Assembly (NCBI GenBank): GCA_046297395.1
Contig: JBKCNM010000075.1
Span: 14,037-78,036, forward strand
From: Bacteroidota bacterium
GTDB lineage: Bacteria > Bacteroidota > Bacteroidia > UBA4408
Direction: 5' to 3'
Length of the DNA: 64,000 bases
Each line of letters opens with the position of its first letter. The stretch's first letter is position 1. Below, piece by piece: positions 1-9,386 of this stretch. The translations under genes and the position numbers were made by a program. A model generated the notes under the pieces. The model was not told the DNA's origin, did not search any database, and saw only the letters and a program-made list of their open reading frames with translations.

Positions 1-79
1 GCATGGAATCCGCACCCTAATAAGGGCTGCTGCAAAAGTAGAATAATTACCTGCCAACAAACAGAAGTATTATGCAAGA

Positions 80-529
80 TCAGCGTCCTGCCTCAATCAC
101 CTGGGCAATGCGCTTGGCGATGGCTTTTTCTTTGCGGAAAGGGGCGAAAAACTTTTTTTCAAAACCTTCCATAATCTGGTTGGCCTTGTGGTATACTTTG
201 AGTCCCTTTTCCGTAGGAGAAACTCTGTTGGCGCGCGCATCAATGGTGCTACCGGATTTTTTGATGTGCTTTTTTTGGGTGAGCGTCCTCACCAGTTTTG
301 AAGTCATCATTTTGTCGGTATGCGACCATTTGGATAGTGCCGACTGGCTTACCCCTCCGGGTTCTGATTGAGCGAGTGTGCAGGCCGCCGATAAAATTAA
401 AAACTGGGCATGTGTGATGCCGGCCGGTTGCAATGCAGTGTTAAACTCCCTCTGCCACTTGTTGCTGAGCTCCCAAATACGGAATCCCATGGATTGGATG
501 CCTTCCGGGTGTTTTTTGGATGATGCCAT
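80..529 (-). CDS. MarR family winged-helix transcriptional regulator
   Basis: 149 aa. Central segment LTHAQFLILSAA...GGVSQSALSKWSHTDKMMTSKLVRTLTQKK...D.R matches the MarR wHTH pattern (LT.aQf.vL..L.....sq.eLa......D...vtR.v..Le..Gl). Divergent from the 814..3999 operon. Confidence 0.8.
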   Translation of the reverse strand: MASSKKHPEGIQSMGFRIWELSNKWQREFNTALQPAGITHAQFLILSAACTLAQSEPGGVSQSALSKWSHTDKMMTSKLVRTLTQKKHIKKSGSTIDARANRVSPTEKGLKVYHKANQIMEGFEKKFFAPFRKEKAIAKRIAQVIEAGR

Positions 530-614
530 AAGCGATTGGTATGGGGGAAGAGGTTCATGCCTCCAACCTTATAACAAATATAAATCCTATTTGTGATTAG
601 CAAAATTTTTTCAA

Positions 615-629
615 CGATAATCGTTATCG
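615..629. promoter_or_regulatory. Inverted repeat CGATAA-TCG-TTATCG in the divergent MarR / M1-peptidase intergenic region; candidate MarR operator
   Basis: Seen directly: 6-bp arms that are perfect reverse complements, with a 3-bp spacer, centred in the 284-bp divergent promoter region. MarR dimers typically bind short palindromes like this. Confidence 0.3.
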
Positions 630-813
630 GGTTTTTGTTTAACAAGGCGCCTCTTTCTCCCCGGCAAGCATTCCTTTTAGACCTGAGCAAGCAGGATTGA
701 TTTACTTGGTTTTACCGGGACGGCTCAGGCTGTGAAAAACCCTTGATAAATAAACCGAGATTATCTTTTCTCAAGCTGTTTCGCAAAGAATTCAAAACTA
801 TTTTTGCGTACTG

Positions 814-3800
814 ATGAAATCCTTCTCTCTCCTGTTTTTTCTGCTTCCCTTGCTTGGTGCAGCAGGGTCCCTGCTTGAAGAATACCGAAGTACACAAAAT
901 CCATATTACTGGAAAAACAAATCTGCTCTTATCCGCGATGGTTATTGGCAACAAGATGTGGCCTATCGCATCGATGCGACCCTGGATGAAACCGATGACA
1001 TCATCAGCGGAGAGGAAACCATTGAATATGCCAACAACTCTCCCGATACGCTGAGATTTGTTTTTTTCAGGCTTACCCAAAATGCTTTCCAGCCCGGTTC
1101 ATACCTCGACAAACTGTACAACGCAAATGGCGAGAAAGTGGATTACGGAAAATACGAACAACAGGGTCTGGGAACAGCCATTGAGAGTATGCAACACAAT
1201 GGAAAAGAAGCCCGCACCGAACTCGACAATACCATCCTGAAGGTATTCCTCCATGAACCTTTGTTGCCCGGGGCCACCACCACCTTTTTTGTGCGCTTTA
1301 AAACCTGGTTCGACGACAAAGGAACCGGAAGGCGCAGGATGAAATTGTTTAGTCAATACAAACAAAAACATTACGATGGGGTGCATTGGTATCCACGCCT
1401 CTCGGTGTACGACCGCAAGTTTGGCTGGACCACCGACCAGCACCTGGGACGAGAGTTTTATGGGGATTTTGGTATTTATGAACTCTCCCTCAACACCTCC
1501 AATGATGCTGTTGTGGAAGCCACCGGCAGATTGATGAACCGCGAAGAAGTGCTGCCCGATACACTGAGGGCAAAGCTCGATATCAAAAACTTTGCAAGTG
1601 TGCCCTGGGGCAGCTCACCAAAAACAATCATTCCCTACGAAAAAGGAAAACGAAAAACCTGGAAGTACAAAGCGCTGAATGTACATGATGTGGCCTTCAC
1701 TTCCGATCCTGCTTACCGCATCGGAGAAGCCTGGTTCGGAGATGTACAGGTGGTTTCACTTGCACAAGAAGGGCATTGCAGCGGCTGGCAGAATGCCGCT
1801 ACCTATACAGCCGATGTGTTGCGTGTTTACTCCCGTGACTTCGGACAGTATGTGTATAACAAAATGGTGGTGGCAGATGCGCGCGACGGAATGGAATATC
1901 CCATGCTTACCCTCGACGGCGGACGCGACCCCGACTATCGGTCTTTGCTGGCACATGAAGTTGGACACAACTGGTTTTTTGGCATGGTGGGCAACAACGA
2001 AACCTACCGAGCCATGCTCGATGAGGGCTTTACGCAATTCCTAACAGCATGGGCAATAGAAAACATCGATGGTCCTGTTCCCTTGAGCGGAATTGCCGGA
2101 GACACTTACAAGATAAAACATACTGAAAAAGCAGGCATCAGACAATTGCGTTGCTACAACACTTATTTGCAGGGAGCCATCAGAAACGAGCCTGTTAGCA
2201 TCAATACGCACTCCGACGGGTTTAACGGCGCCACCGGACACGGAGGGGGCTACAGACAGGTATATTATAAAACTGCAACCATGCTCTGGAACCTGCAATA
2301 TGTTTTGGGAGACTCTCTCTTTTTGGCTGCCATGAAGCATTATTTCAGTACCTATTGCATAGCCCATCCCTATGTGGAAGATTTTCGCAACAGCATGATT
2401 CGATTCACGCATGTGGATCTCAATTGGTTTTTCGACCAATGGATTGAAACCTATAAAACCTTGGATTATTCCATCTCCAGACCCAAGCTGCTGGCAAAAA
2501 ATGATTCGGGATTTGTGTATAACATCTCCCTTCGCAGAAAAGCAGACATGCAGATGCCCGTTGAGTTTACCTGCACCGGTGCATCAGGCAGAAGCTATGC
2601 CTACCTGGTTCCGAATGGCTGGTTTGAAAAAAATTTTCGTGCTGGGAAAGTGTTGCCCAGATGGATTGGATGGGATCGCCTGCAACCTGTATATAAAGCA
2701 AGAATCATTGTGCCCGAAAAAATAACGAAGGTAAGCATGGATACCAGTGCAAGATTCGCAGATTGCATGAGGCTCGACAATGCATGGCCACGGCCCATCT
2801 GTGCAAGTGCCGATTATATGCTTAACCAGCCGCTCGATTTTTCTTGTTATCGTATTCATCTGCGCCCGCAAGTGTTTTTTAATCGAGTGGACGGCATCAA
2901 AGCAGGCTTGCATGCGCGAGGCGATTATGCAGGTTTGTTGCATCGTTTTTCTGCAACGGTTTGGCTCAATTCAGGCTTGCTTCCTGAGGCAGCCTATGCT
3001 TCACGAGAATGGATTTCATATACAGTAAAATACCAAACACCGATTTCTTTCTCCCGAACGCAGGAGCTATTTGCAGAATCGCGCAGGCTGGATGGTTTAT
3101 TCCTCCATCTCGCAGGCATTGAAGGGAAATTTTTACAGACCCGATGGACCTACAGTATCATGGGAAAATGGATGCGCCGATTCGATGATCGGTACTTATA
3201 TGATGCCTCTGCCTGGTGGTCAAACAAAAACAACAGTTCGGTCAATCTCTCCTTACGAAGAACCATGAGCTCTTCAAGGGGATACCTCTCGGTGAACCTG
3301 CTCATGCGCTCAGGAGTGGAGCAGCTGTATGCCTATGCGGAACAGGAGACAAAAGGAGCCGTTTGGTTTGGTCGAACAGAACTGAGGGCGCGTTCCTATG
3401 CAAGGTTCGGAAGCCGGAATATCCCTATAGAATCTTCCGCTTGGCTTGCAGGGGCAAATCCGGAAACACAGATGGAAGACCCTTTGATGCGCGCTGCAGG
3501 ATGGTTTCCCTCTTCCTGGTTGGCACCGGGCGCCTTGCCCGGTCATGTGCAGGCCTCTGGCGGATACAACCTGCGGGGCTACACCGCTTATCTGATTCCC
3601 ACGGCCAACTTCAACCAGAACGGGCAGATTTACCAGCTTACATCCGACCGGGGTGTATCGCTCAATACAGAGCTCACGCTCTCCGCACTTTTACCAAAAC
3701 CTTGGACGAAAAATAGTTTTTACAGCTTTGAGCCTTATGCCTTTTTTGATGGTGCCTTGTTCAATGCAGGCACCTTTCATGCAAAAAGCGAGGCCGATAT

Positions 3801-3999
3801 CATTCCCAATCAAAACACATACGCCAGGGCAAATGCAGGCTTGGGATTCACCATGACCTGGAAAAAATGGTGGAATTTTGAAAAAATATCCCCTTTTACA
3901 CTGCGTGCCGATTTTCCGTTTTACCTTAGTCACCAACCTTATGCAGGCCATGATAATCTGCAATGGAACTGGTTGATAGGGGTACAAAAATCTTTTTGA
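814..3999 (+). CDS. M1 family zinc metallopeptidase (aminopeptidase N-like) with a roughly 450-aa C-terminal outer-membrane beta-barrel-like extension
   Basis: 1061 aa with a signal peptide (MKSFSLLFFLLPLLGAAGS). It has GMEYP (a GAMEN-like motif) and HEVGHNWFFGMVGNNETYRAMLDEGF, which is an exact HEXXH-X18-E M1 zincin signature. The C-terminal third is rich in Y/F/N/G/T with alternating-hydrophobic strands (YSFEPYAFFDGALF, GLGFTMTW, FTLRADFPFYL) and ends ...LIGVQKSF, a terminal aromatic as in OM beta-barrels. The stop lies 1 nt before the start of the next gene. Confidence 0.8.
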   Translation: MKSFSLLFFLLPLLGAAGSLLEEYRSTQNPYYWKNKSALIRDGYWQQDVAYRIDATLDETDDIISGEETIEYANNSPDTLRFVFFRLTQNAFQPGSYLDKLYNANGEKVDYGKYEQQGLGTAIESMQHNGKEARTELDNTILKVFLHEPLLPGATTTFFVRFKTWFDDKGTGRRRMKLFSQYKQKHYDGVHWYPRLSVYDRKFGWTTDQHLGREFYGDFGIYELSLNTSNDAVVEATGRLMNREEVLPDTLRAKLDIKNFASVPWGSSPKTIIPYEKGKRKTWKYKALNVHDVAFTSDPAYRIGEAWFGDVQVVSLAQEGHCSGWQNAATYTADVLRVYSRDFGQYVYNKMVVADARDGMEYPMLTLDGGRDPDYRSLLAHEVGHNWFFGMVGNNETYRAMLDEGFTQFLTAWAIENIDGPVPLSGIAGDTYKIKHTEKAGIRQLRCYNTYLQGAIRNEPVSINTHSDGFNGATGHGGGYRQVYYKTATMLWNLQYVLGDSLFLAAMKHYFSTYCIAHPYVEDFRNSMIRFTHVDLNWFFDQWIETYKTLDYSISRPKLLAKNDSGFVYNISLRRKADMQMPVEFTCTGASGRSYAYLVPNGWFEKNFRAGKVLPRWIGWDRLQPVYKARIIVPEKITKVSMDTSARFADCMRLDNAWPRPICASADYMLNQPLDFSCYRIHLRPQVFFNRVDGIKAGLHARGDYAGLLHRFSATVWLNSGLLPEAAYASREWISYTVKYQTPISFSRTQELFAESRRLDGLFLHLAGIEGKFLQTRWTYSIMGKWMRRFDDRYLYDASAWWSNKNNSSVNLSLRRTMSSSRGYLSVNLLMRSGVEQLYAYAEQETKGAVWFGRTELRARSYARFGSRNIPIESSAWLAGANPETQMEDPLMRAAGWFPSSWLAPGALPGHVQASGGYNLRGYTAYLIPTANFNQNGQIYQLTSDRGVSLNTELTLSALLPKPWTKNSFYSFEPYAFFDGALFNAGTFHAKSEADIIPNQNTYARANAGLGFTMTWKKWWNFEKISPFTLRADFPFYLSHQPYAGHDNLQWNWLIGVQKSF

Positions 4000-4000
4000 G

Positions 4001-6685
4001 ATGAAAAAAATAAGAGTAGGTATATTTTTTGGAGGCCGTTCAAAAGAAAGAGAAGTTTCATTTGCGGGCGGAAGAACCGTTTTCGACAATCTGGACAAAT
4101 CCTTGTTTGTTCCTGTTCCTGTTTTTGTGGACGGACATGGCAACTTCGTCCTGCTCTCCTGGGATTTGGTTTACAAAGGAAGCATCCGCGATTTTTTTCC
4201 TCCTGAACACGCATTGCCTCAAACTGCACATGGTTTTCAGGTATATGCCGAGAGCCTGAATGCAGATCCGGAAACACAGAAAAAACTGCTGTCCGGCATT
4301 GGCACTCCTTTGGAGCCATCCGATTTTAAATCCTTGTTTGACCTTGCCTTTTTATGTCTGCATGGGCCATACGGCGAAGACGGAAGACTGCAGGGCCTTT
4401 TGGAATATTACGAAATACCCTACACCGGTAGCGGCATACTTCCCTCCTGTTTTGGCATAGACAAAACCCTTCAGCATAAGTTTATGCAACAGGCTGGATT
4501 CAATTGCCCGGCTCGCATGGCAATTAGCCGAAAAGAAGGCTTGCATGATGCACACCTCTTTCAAAAAGCTGTCAATACCATCGGATTTCCCATGGTAATC
4601 AAACCTGCCTCACAGGGTTCATCTATCGGAGTAAGTATTCTGCAGGATCATGATCCTGAAATTTTTCGCGAAGCAATTTTTAAGAGTTTGTTCTGTGCCG
4701 AAATAAAAGTCTCCGTTTGGAAACAGAAAAACACTGATGAAAAAGAGCGTCTTGTTCGTCGCCTGTTTGATATTCGTGAAGGCATTGGCTTACCTGTGAT
4801 GGCTGGGGAAACACTGCTGCACCACCCGGATGCCGTTTACAATTATGTGGAAGAGCAGGTAGGTAGAAAGGATGTTTTGTTCTTTGAATCGCTTGATGCA
4901 GACCATGGCTTGCTTATCGAATCATTCATCAGGGGAAAAGAATTTTCATGTATTGTGATTGAGAACTACTTGGATGGATTAAATCCGGTGGCCCTCCCTC
5001 CTACCGAAATCATCAAAGGACAAAAACTCTTTGACTACCGGTCTAAATACCTGCCCGGCCTCTCGCGTAAAATCACGCCCATTGATTTACCGGCAGAAGC
5101 CATTCAAAGCATCAGGGAAGAGTGTTGCAGGCTTTATCATCTTTTTGGATTTGATGCCTATGCGCGCATTGATGGTTTTTACGGAGACGACGGAAAGGTA
5201 TATCTCAACGATCCCAACACCACCAGTGGGATGATGCCCTCCTCTTTTTTCTTTCATCAGGCAGCCGAGATTGGATTGAACCCCTCACAATTTTTAAGTT
5301 TTATCATTCGCGTTTCTCTGGAGAAAAGAAAAATCAAAAGCCAGCAGCCCTTTTTCTGCGCTTCCCTGATTCATCAGATTGACAAAGCCCTGGAACAAGG
5401 CAACCGGGAGCGTGCACAAAAAAAGAAAGTGGCGGTTATCTTGGGTGGCTATTCATCTGAACGACATATTTCTGTGGAGAGCGGAAGAAACATTTATGAG
5501 AAACTTTTTTCCTCTGAAACATACTCCCCTACTCCGGTTTTCTTAACCGGCAGTTCACACAAAAACAGGTTTTTTATCCTCCCCGTTAATCTCCTGCTCA
5601 AAGACAATGCAGATGATATCCGTGACAAGGTGCTCAATTACAACAGACATCCTTACCTTGAAGAAATTGGACGGGAACTGGCTGCCATCACACAAACATT
5701 TACGGGTGCAAAGGAATTGCCCAAGCCTATTGAGATCGCATTTACGGCATTCCGCGACGATTTTGATGCTGTGTTCATTGCTTTGCACGGAAGACCAGGA
5801 GAAGATGGTACCCTTCAGGCGGTAATGGAAAAACTGCAGGTTCCATACAATGGTTCTCCCTCGGAATCCTCTGCCATCACAATCAATAAATACAAAACGA
5901 ATGAACTGCTCATGCAAAACGGGTTTTTGTGTGCCCAACACCAACTGATTTCTTCGGATGAATTCATGGCCGGTGAGGAAGCCTGTATGCAGCGTATAGA
6001 GTCGGATTTTACTTACCCCTTTATTGCGAAACCTGTTGATGACGGATGCAGCAGTGCAGTAAAAAAAATCAGGAACAGGGAAGAGCTCAAAGCCTTTGCC
6101 ACACTTATGTTCCGCCAGGAGGAGGAGCCGGATACTCATGCTTCCGAAATTCTGCACATCAAAAGCAGCGAAGAGTTTCCCCGCAAAAATGAAATGCTTA
6201 TTGAATCTCTGATCTCTGCTGAAAAGGCGGCTCATTTTTTGGAAATCACCATAGGTCTCATGACCTCTTATGATGAAAATGGTAAACTTGCTTATAAAAT
6301 TTTTGAGGCTTCCGAAGCTTTAGCCGGAGGAGAAGTATTGAGTCTCGAAGAAAAGTTTTTAGCCGGTGAGGGACAAAACATCACGCCGGCGCGTTATGCA
6401 TCCGAGGTGACAACCAGAACAAGAATTTCTGAAGCTGTGAAAGCAGAGATTCTAAAAGCAGCTCAACTTCTCAACCTGCAGGGATATGCCAGAATCGATG
6501 CCTTTGTGCGCATCTTTGATGATTTTCGTACCGAAGTCATTTTTATTGAGGTGAATTCCCTTCCGGGTATGACCCCGGCCACCTGTATTTTTCACCAAAC
6601 TGCGCTCGAAGGAATGACTCCCCTGGATTTCATAGACCATATTCTTCGCTTTGGAATCGCGCGCAAAAACCGGAATGCTTCCTGA
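4001..6685 (+). CDS. Tandem D-alanine--D-alanine ligase-like protein (two complete Ddl-type ATP-grasp modules in one 894-aa polypeptide)
   Basis: Module 1 runs from residue 1 to about 440. It has MKKIRVGIFFGGRSKEREVSFAGG (Ddl N-terminal motif), LHGPYGEDGRLQGLLE, VIKPASQGSSIGVS (the ATP-grasp Lys) and YARIDGFY...YLNDPNTTSGM. Module 2 runs from about residue 455 to 894. It has KKKVAVILGGYSSERHISVESG, LHGRPGEDGTLQAVME, FIAKPVDDGCSSAV and YARIDAFV...IEVNSLPGMT. The key catalytic positions appear present in both modules. Module 1 carries an insertion of about 70 aa (KVSVWKQKNTDEKERLVRRLFDIREG...). Confidence 0.75.
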   Translation: MKKIRVGIFFGGRSKEREVSFAGGRTVFDNLDKSLFVPVPVFVDGHGNFVLLSWDLVYKGSIRDFFPPEHALPQTAHGFQVYAESLNADPETQKKLLSGIGTPLEPSDFKSLFDLAFLCLHGPYGEDGRLQGLLEYYEIPYTGSGILPSCFGIDKTLQHKFMQQAGFNCPARMAISRKEGLHDAHLFQKAVNTIGFPMVIKPASQGSSIGVSILQDHDPEIFREAIFKSLFCAEIKVSVWKQKNTDEKERLVRRLFDIREGIGLPVMAGETLLHHPDAVYNYVEEQVGRKDVLFFESLDADHGLLIESFIRGKEFSCIVIENYLDGLNPVALPPTEIIKGQKLFDYRSKYLPGLSRKITPIDLPAEAIQSIREECCRLYHLFGFDAYARIDGFYGDDGKVYLNDPNTTSGMMPSSFFFHQAAEIGLNPSQFLSFIIRVSLEKRKIKSQQPFFCASLIHQIDKALEQGNRERAQKKKVAVILGGYSSERHISVESGRNIYEKLFSSETYSPTPVFLTGSSHKNRFFILPVNLLLKDNADDIRDKVLNYNRHPYLEEIGRELAAITQTFTGAKELPKPIEIAFTAFRDDFDAVFIALHGRPGEDGTLQAVMEKLQVPYNGSPSESSAITINKYKTNELLMQNGFLCAQHQLISSDEFMAGEEACMQRIESDFTYPFIAKPVDDGCSSAVKKIRNREELKAFATLMFRQEEEPDTHASEILHIKSSEEFPRKNEMLIESLISAEKAAHFLEITIGLMTSYDENGKLAYKIFEASEALAGGEVLSLEEKFLAGEGQNITPARYASEVTTRTRISEAVKAEILKAAQLLNLQGYARIDAFVRIFDDFRTEVIFIEVNSLPGMTPATCIFHQTALEGMTPLDFIDHILRFGIARKNRNAS

Positions 6686-7332
6686 TGGGCGGAGAGTTTA
6701 TTGCCATTGAAGGCAACATTGGTGCCGGAAAAACCTCTTTGGCAAAAATGCTTTCGGCAGAGCTGGGGTGCAGACTTCTGCTCGAACAGTTTGAAGAAAA
6801 TTCTTTTCTGCCCAAGTTTTATGTAGACCCTGAAAGATATTCCTTTCCATTGGAATTGTCTTTTTTAGCCGAACGATATCAACAACTGAAAGGCCTTCCT
6901 TCCCGCAGTTCTCTTTTTGGGGAATACCTGATAGCAGATTACTTTATACAAAAGTGTTTGATATTTGCTCGGGCCAATTTACCCGAAGACGAGTTCAGGC
7001 TGTACAGGGAGTTTTTTTACATGGCCTCATCAGGGGTAGAGTTGCCGGGCAAGCTCGTCTTTCTCTATGTAGAAACACCTCGCTTGCTGCACAATATTTC
7101 AATCAGGGGAAGAGCGTATGAGCAAAATATAGGAGCAGATTACCTCAACAAAATCAACGAAGGATATATGCAGTTTTTCAGGCAAGCAGAGCTATATGGT
7201 CAAACGAGTATGCTCATTCTCGACATCAATAGGCTTGACTTTGTAAAACATCCGGATCATTATCAATTGATAAGAGATGCTATACTCAAGGATTATCCTC
7301 CCGGCGTGCATCGTATAGAACCACAAGCATAG
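6685..7332 (+). CDS. Deoxynucleoside kinase (dNK/dCK/dGK family)
   Basis: 215 aa. P-loop IAIEGNIGAGKTSLAKML sits at the N-terminus, followed by ...PERYSFPLELSFLAERYQQ, matching the deoxynucleoside kinase family. The start ATG overlaps the upstream TGA (TGATG at 6683-6687), so translation is coupled. Confidence 0.8.
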   Translation: MGGEFIAIEGNIGAGKTSLAKMLSAELGCRLLLEQFEENSFLPKFYVDPERYSFPLELSFLAERYQQLKGLPSRSSLFGEYLIADYFIQKCLIFARANLPEDEFRLYREFFYMASSGVELPGKLVFLYVETPRLLHNISIRGRAYEQNIGADYLNKINEGYMQFFRQAELYGQTSMLILDINRLDFVKHPDHYQLIRDAILKDYPPGVHRIEPQA

Positions 7333-7392
7333 CCGCAGGAGAGCATAAAAACATTTTTTGTAATTTTACTTGCCACTAAAAAAAGAGGGCTT

Positions 7393-8037
7393 ATGCAAAA
7401 ACATATACGATTCATTTGTCCATTCGGCTTTGTCTTCATTTGTGCTCTCTTGCTCTCATTGCCTCAACAAAGCTATGCCCAGAAAGGAAAGCCTGTTCCG
7501 GAAAACAAAGAAGAGAACTTGGACGAGGAAGAGGAGATGGAAGACGACAAATTGCCCGAAGGATTTTCCCACGATGATAAAATTCACTACCTCGAACTGG
7601 AGTGTGAGGTTACTGAACCTGTTAAAAAATATGGTGCTACGGTTTCCGATCCTGTTCCTCATGCATTGTTCAGGATTTACGACGAAAAAGGCAGGCTGAG
7701 AAAGCCCATGTACACGGATGAAAAAGGAAAAGGAAAACTGAGATTGGGCTTTAATCATGAATACCGCGTAATCATTTCAGGCAAAGGATTCTCAAAAAAA
7801 ATTCTGAGTATCAATACCCATTTACCAAAGGACTTAAATGCTGCTTATATTTTCCCTGCTGATGTTACTCTTTTTCGGGAGACGCCGGACCTGGATGCAT
7901 CGCTATTTAAAGAACCTGTTGCCATTGTCATTTACAGCGACAAAACAGGCCAGTTTGAATACGACGAAGGGCATGTAAATAAAATGCAGCCCCTCCTCAA
8001 AAAATTTACTAGTGACTATTTGAAAAAACTAAAATAA
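7393..8037 (+). CDS. Hypothetical secreted protein with an acidic N-terminal segment
   Basis: 214 aa. Signal peptide MQKHIRFICPFGFVFICALLLSLPQQSYAQ, then an acidic low-complexity stretch (EENLDEEEEMEDD). No recognisable catalytic motif. Confidence 0.5.
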   Translation: MQKHIRFICPFGFVFICALLLSLPQQSYAQKGKPVPENKEENLDEEEEMEDDKLPEGFSHDDKIHYLELECEVTEPVKKYGATVSDPVPHALFRIYDEKGRLRKPMYTDEKGKGKLRLGFNHEYRVIISGKGFSKKILSINTHLPKDLNAAYIFPADVTLFRETPDLDASLFKEPVAIVIYSDKTGQFEYDEGHVNKMQPLLKKFTSDYLKKLK

Positions 8038-8045
8038 TCTATCCC

Positions 8046-9386
8046 ATGAAAATACTCCTCAAAGGAGGAACCCTTGTAAATGAGCATAAAGTTTTTTCTG
8101 CTGATATTGTAATTGAAGATGCCTTTATTGAGGGCGTTTATCCCCAAGGTGCGCCGGATGCACCATATGCCCACATTCACCATTTGCAGGGCAAATATGT
8201 TTTTCCCGGTTTGATTGACGATCAGGTTCACTTTCGGGAGCCGGGCCTCACGCATAAAGGGGATTTATTTACCGAAAGTCGCGCCGCTGTTGCAGGAGGA
8301 ATCACTTCCTTCATGGAGATGCCCAACACTGTTCCAAGTGCAGTAACACAAGGATTGCTCGAGGAAAAATACATCCGCGCATCCGAAGTGTCTTTGGCGA
8401 ATTATTCGTTTTATATGGGCACCACCAACCGCAACCTTGATGAATTACTGAAAACCAATCCGGAAACCGTTTGCGGCGTAAAAATTTTCATGGGTTCCTC
8501 TACCGGGGATATGCTTGTGGATGATCCGGAAGCGCTTCATGCTATTTTTCGGGAAGTAAACATGCTGATTGCTGTTCATTGTGAAGATGATCCCATGATT
8601 AAGTCAACCATGGCCCGCTACAAGCAACAATTTGGGGAGGCCATCAAGCCGGCACATCATCCTCAAATCAGAAGCCGAGAAGCCTGCTATAAATCTTCTT
8701 CCTATGCCGTTGAACTGGCCAGTAAATACAATACCCGATTGCATATTTTACACATCTCTACGCTCGAGGAATTGAGTCTTTTCTCCAATAAAAACCCGCT
8801 CTCAGAAAAAAGAATAACTGCTGAGGCATGCATACACCATTTGTTTTTTTCAGACAGGGATTATGCTGCCAAGGGCAACCTGATCAAATGGAACCCTGCC
8901 GTAAAAACGGAAGCAGACAGAGAAGCTATCATCGATGCAGTAAACCGCGATGTGATTGATGTGATTGCCACAGATCATGCGCCTCATACCTTGCAGGAAA
9001 AGTCTATGCCATATGTAAATTGTCCATCCGGCGGACCATTGGTTCAGCATCTGCTTCCTGCATTGTTAGAATTGTACCACCGGAATGCCTTTTCCCTGGA
9101 AACCATCGCTGATAAAACTGCCCATAAACCCGCAGAATTATTCGGCATTGAAAAACGGGGATATATTAGAAAGGGCTATTATGCCGACCTTGTCATTGCC
9201 GATATAAACGGAATCACCGATGTGAAAAAGGAAAACTTGCTCTATAAATGTGGCTGGAGTCCTTTTGAGGGGATTAGCCTGCGCGGAAAAGTTTTGCATA
9301 CTTTTGTAAACGGTAACCATGTTTACGATAACGGAGTGATTATTGACCAAACAAGAGGGATGCGTCTCGCATTTGCCCGCAAATGA
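8046..9386 (+). CDS. pyrC: Dihydroorotase-like cyclic amidohydrolase (probable PyrC, type I)
   Basis: 446 aa. Metal-binding motifs of the amidohydrolase superfamily: GLIDDQVHFREPG (HxH), ...VHCED..., ...ATDHAPH. Length and motifs fit a multifunctional-type dihydroorotase. An allantoinase or hydantoinase cannot be excluded without a search. Confidence 0.65.
   Translation: MKILLKGGTLVNEHKVFSADIVIEDAFIEGVYPQGAPDAPYAHIHHLQGKYVFPGLIDDQVHFREPGLTHKGDLFTESRAAVAGGITSFMEMPNTVPSAVTQGLLEEKYIRASEVSLANYSFYMGTTNRNLDELLKTNPETVCGVKIFMGSSTGDMLVDDPEALHAIFREVNMLIAVHCEDDPMIKSTMARYKQQFGEAIKPAHHPQIRSREACYKSSSYAVELASKYNTRLHILHISTLEELSLFSNKNPLSEKRITAEACIHHLFFSDRDYAAKGNLIKWNPAVKTEADREAIIDAVNRDVIDVIATDHAPHTLQEKSMPYVNCPSGGPLVQHLLPALLELYHRNAFSLETIADKTAHKPAELFGIEKRGYIRKGYYADLVIADINGITDVKKENLLYKCGWSPFEGISLRGKVLHTFVNGNHVYDNGVIIDQTRGMRLAFARK

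Noticed and set aside
1-79. Possible gene fragment at the left window edge
   Set aside because: Too short to evaluate, and the forward 99-aa ORF at 72..371 is antisense to the MarR gene. Left unannotated.
5555-6235. 226-aa ORF on the minus strand
   Set aside because: Antisense within the tandem Ddl gene. No motifs. Spurious.
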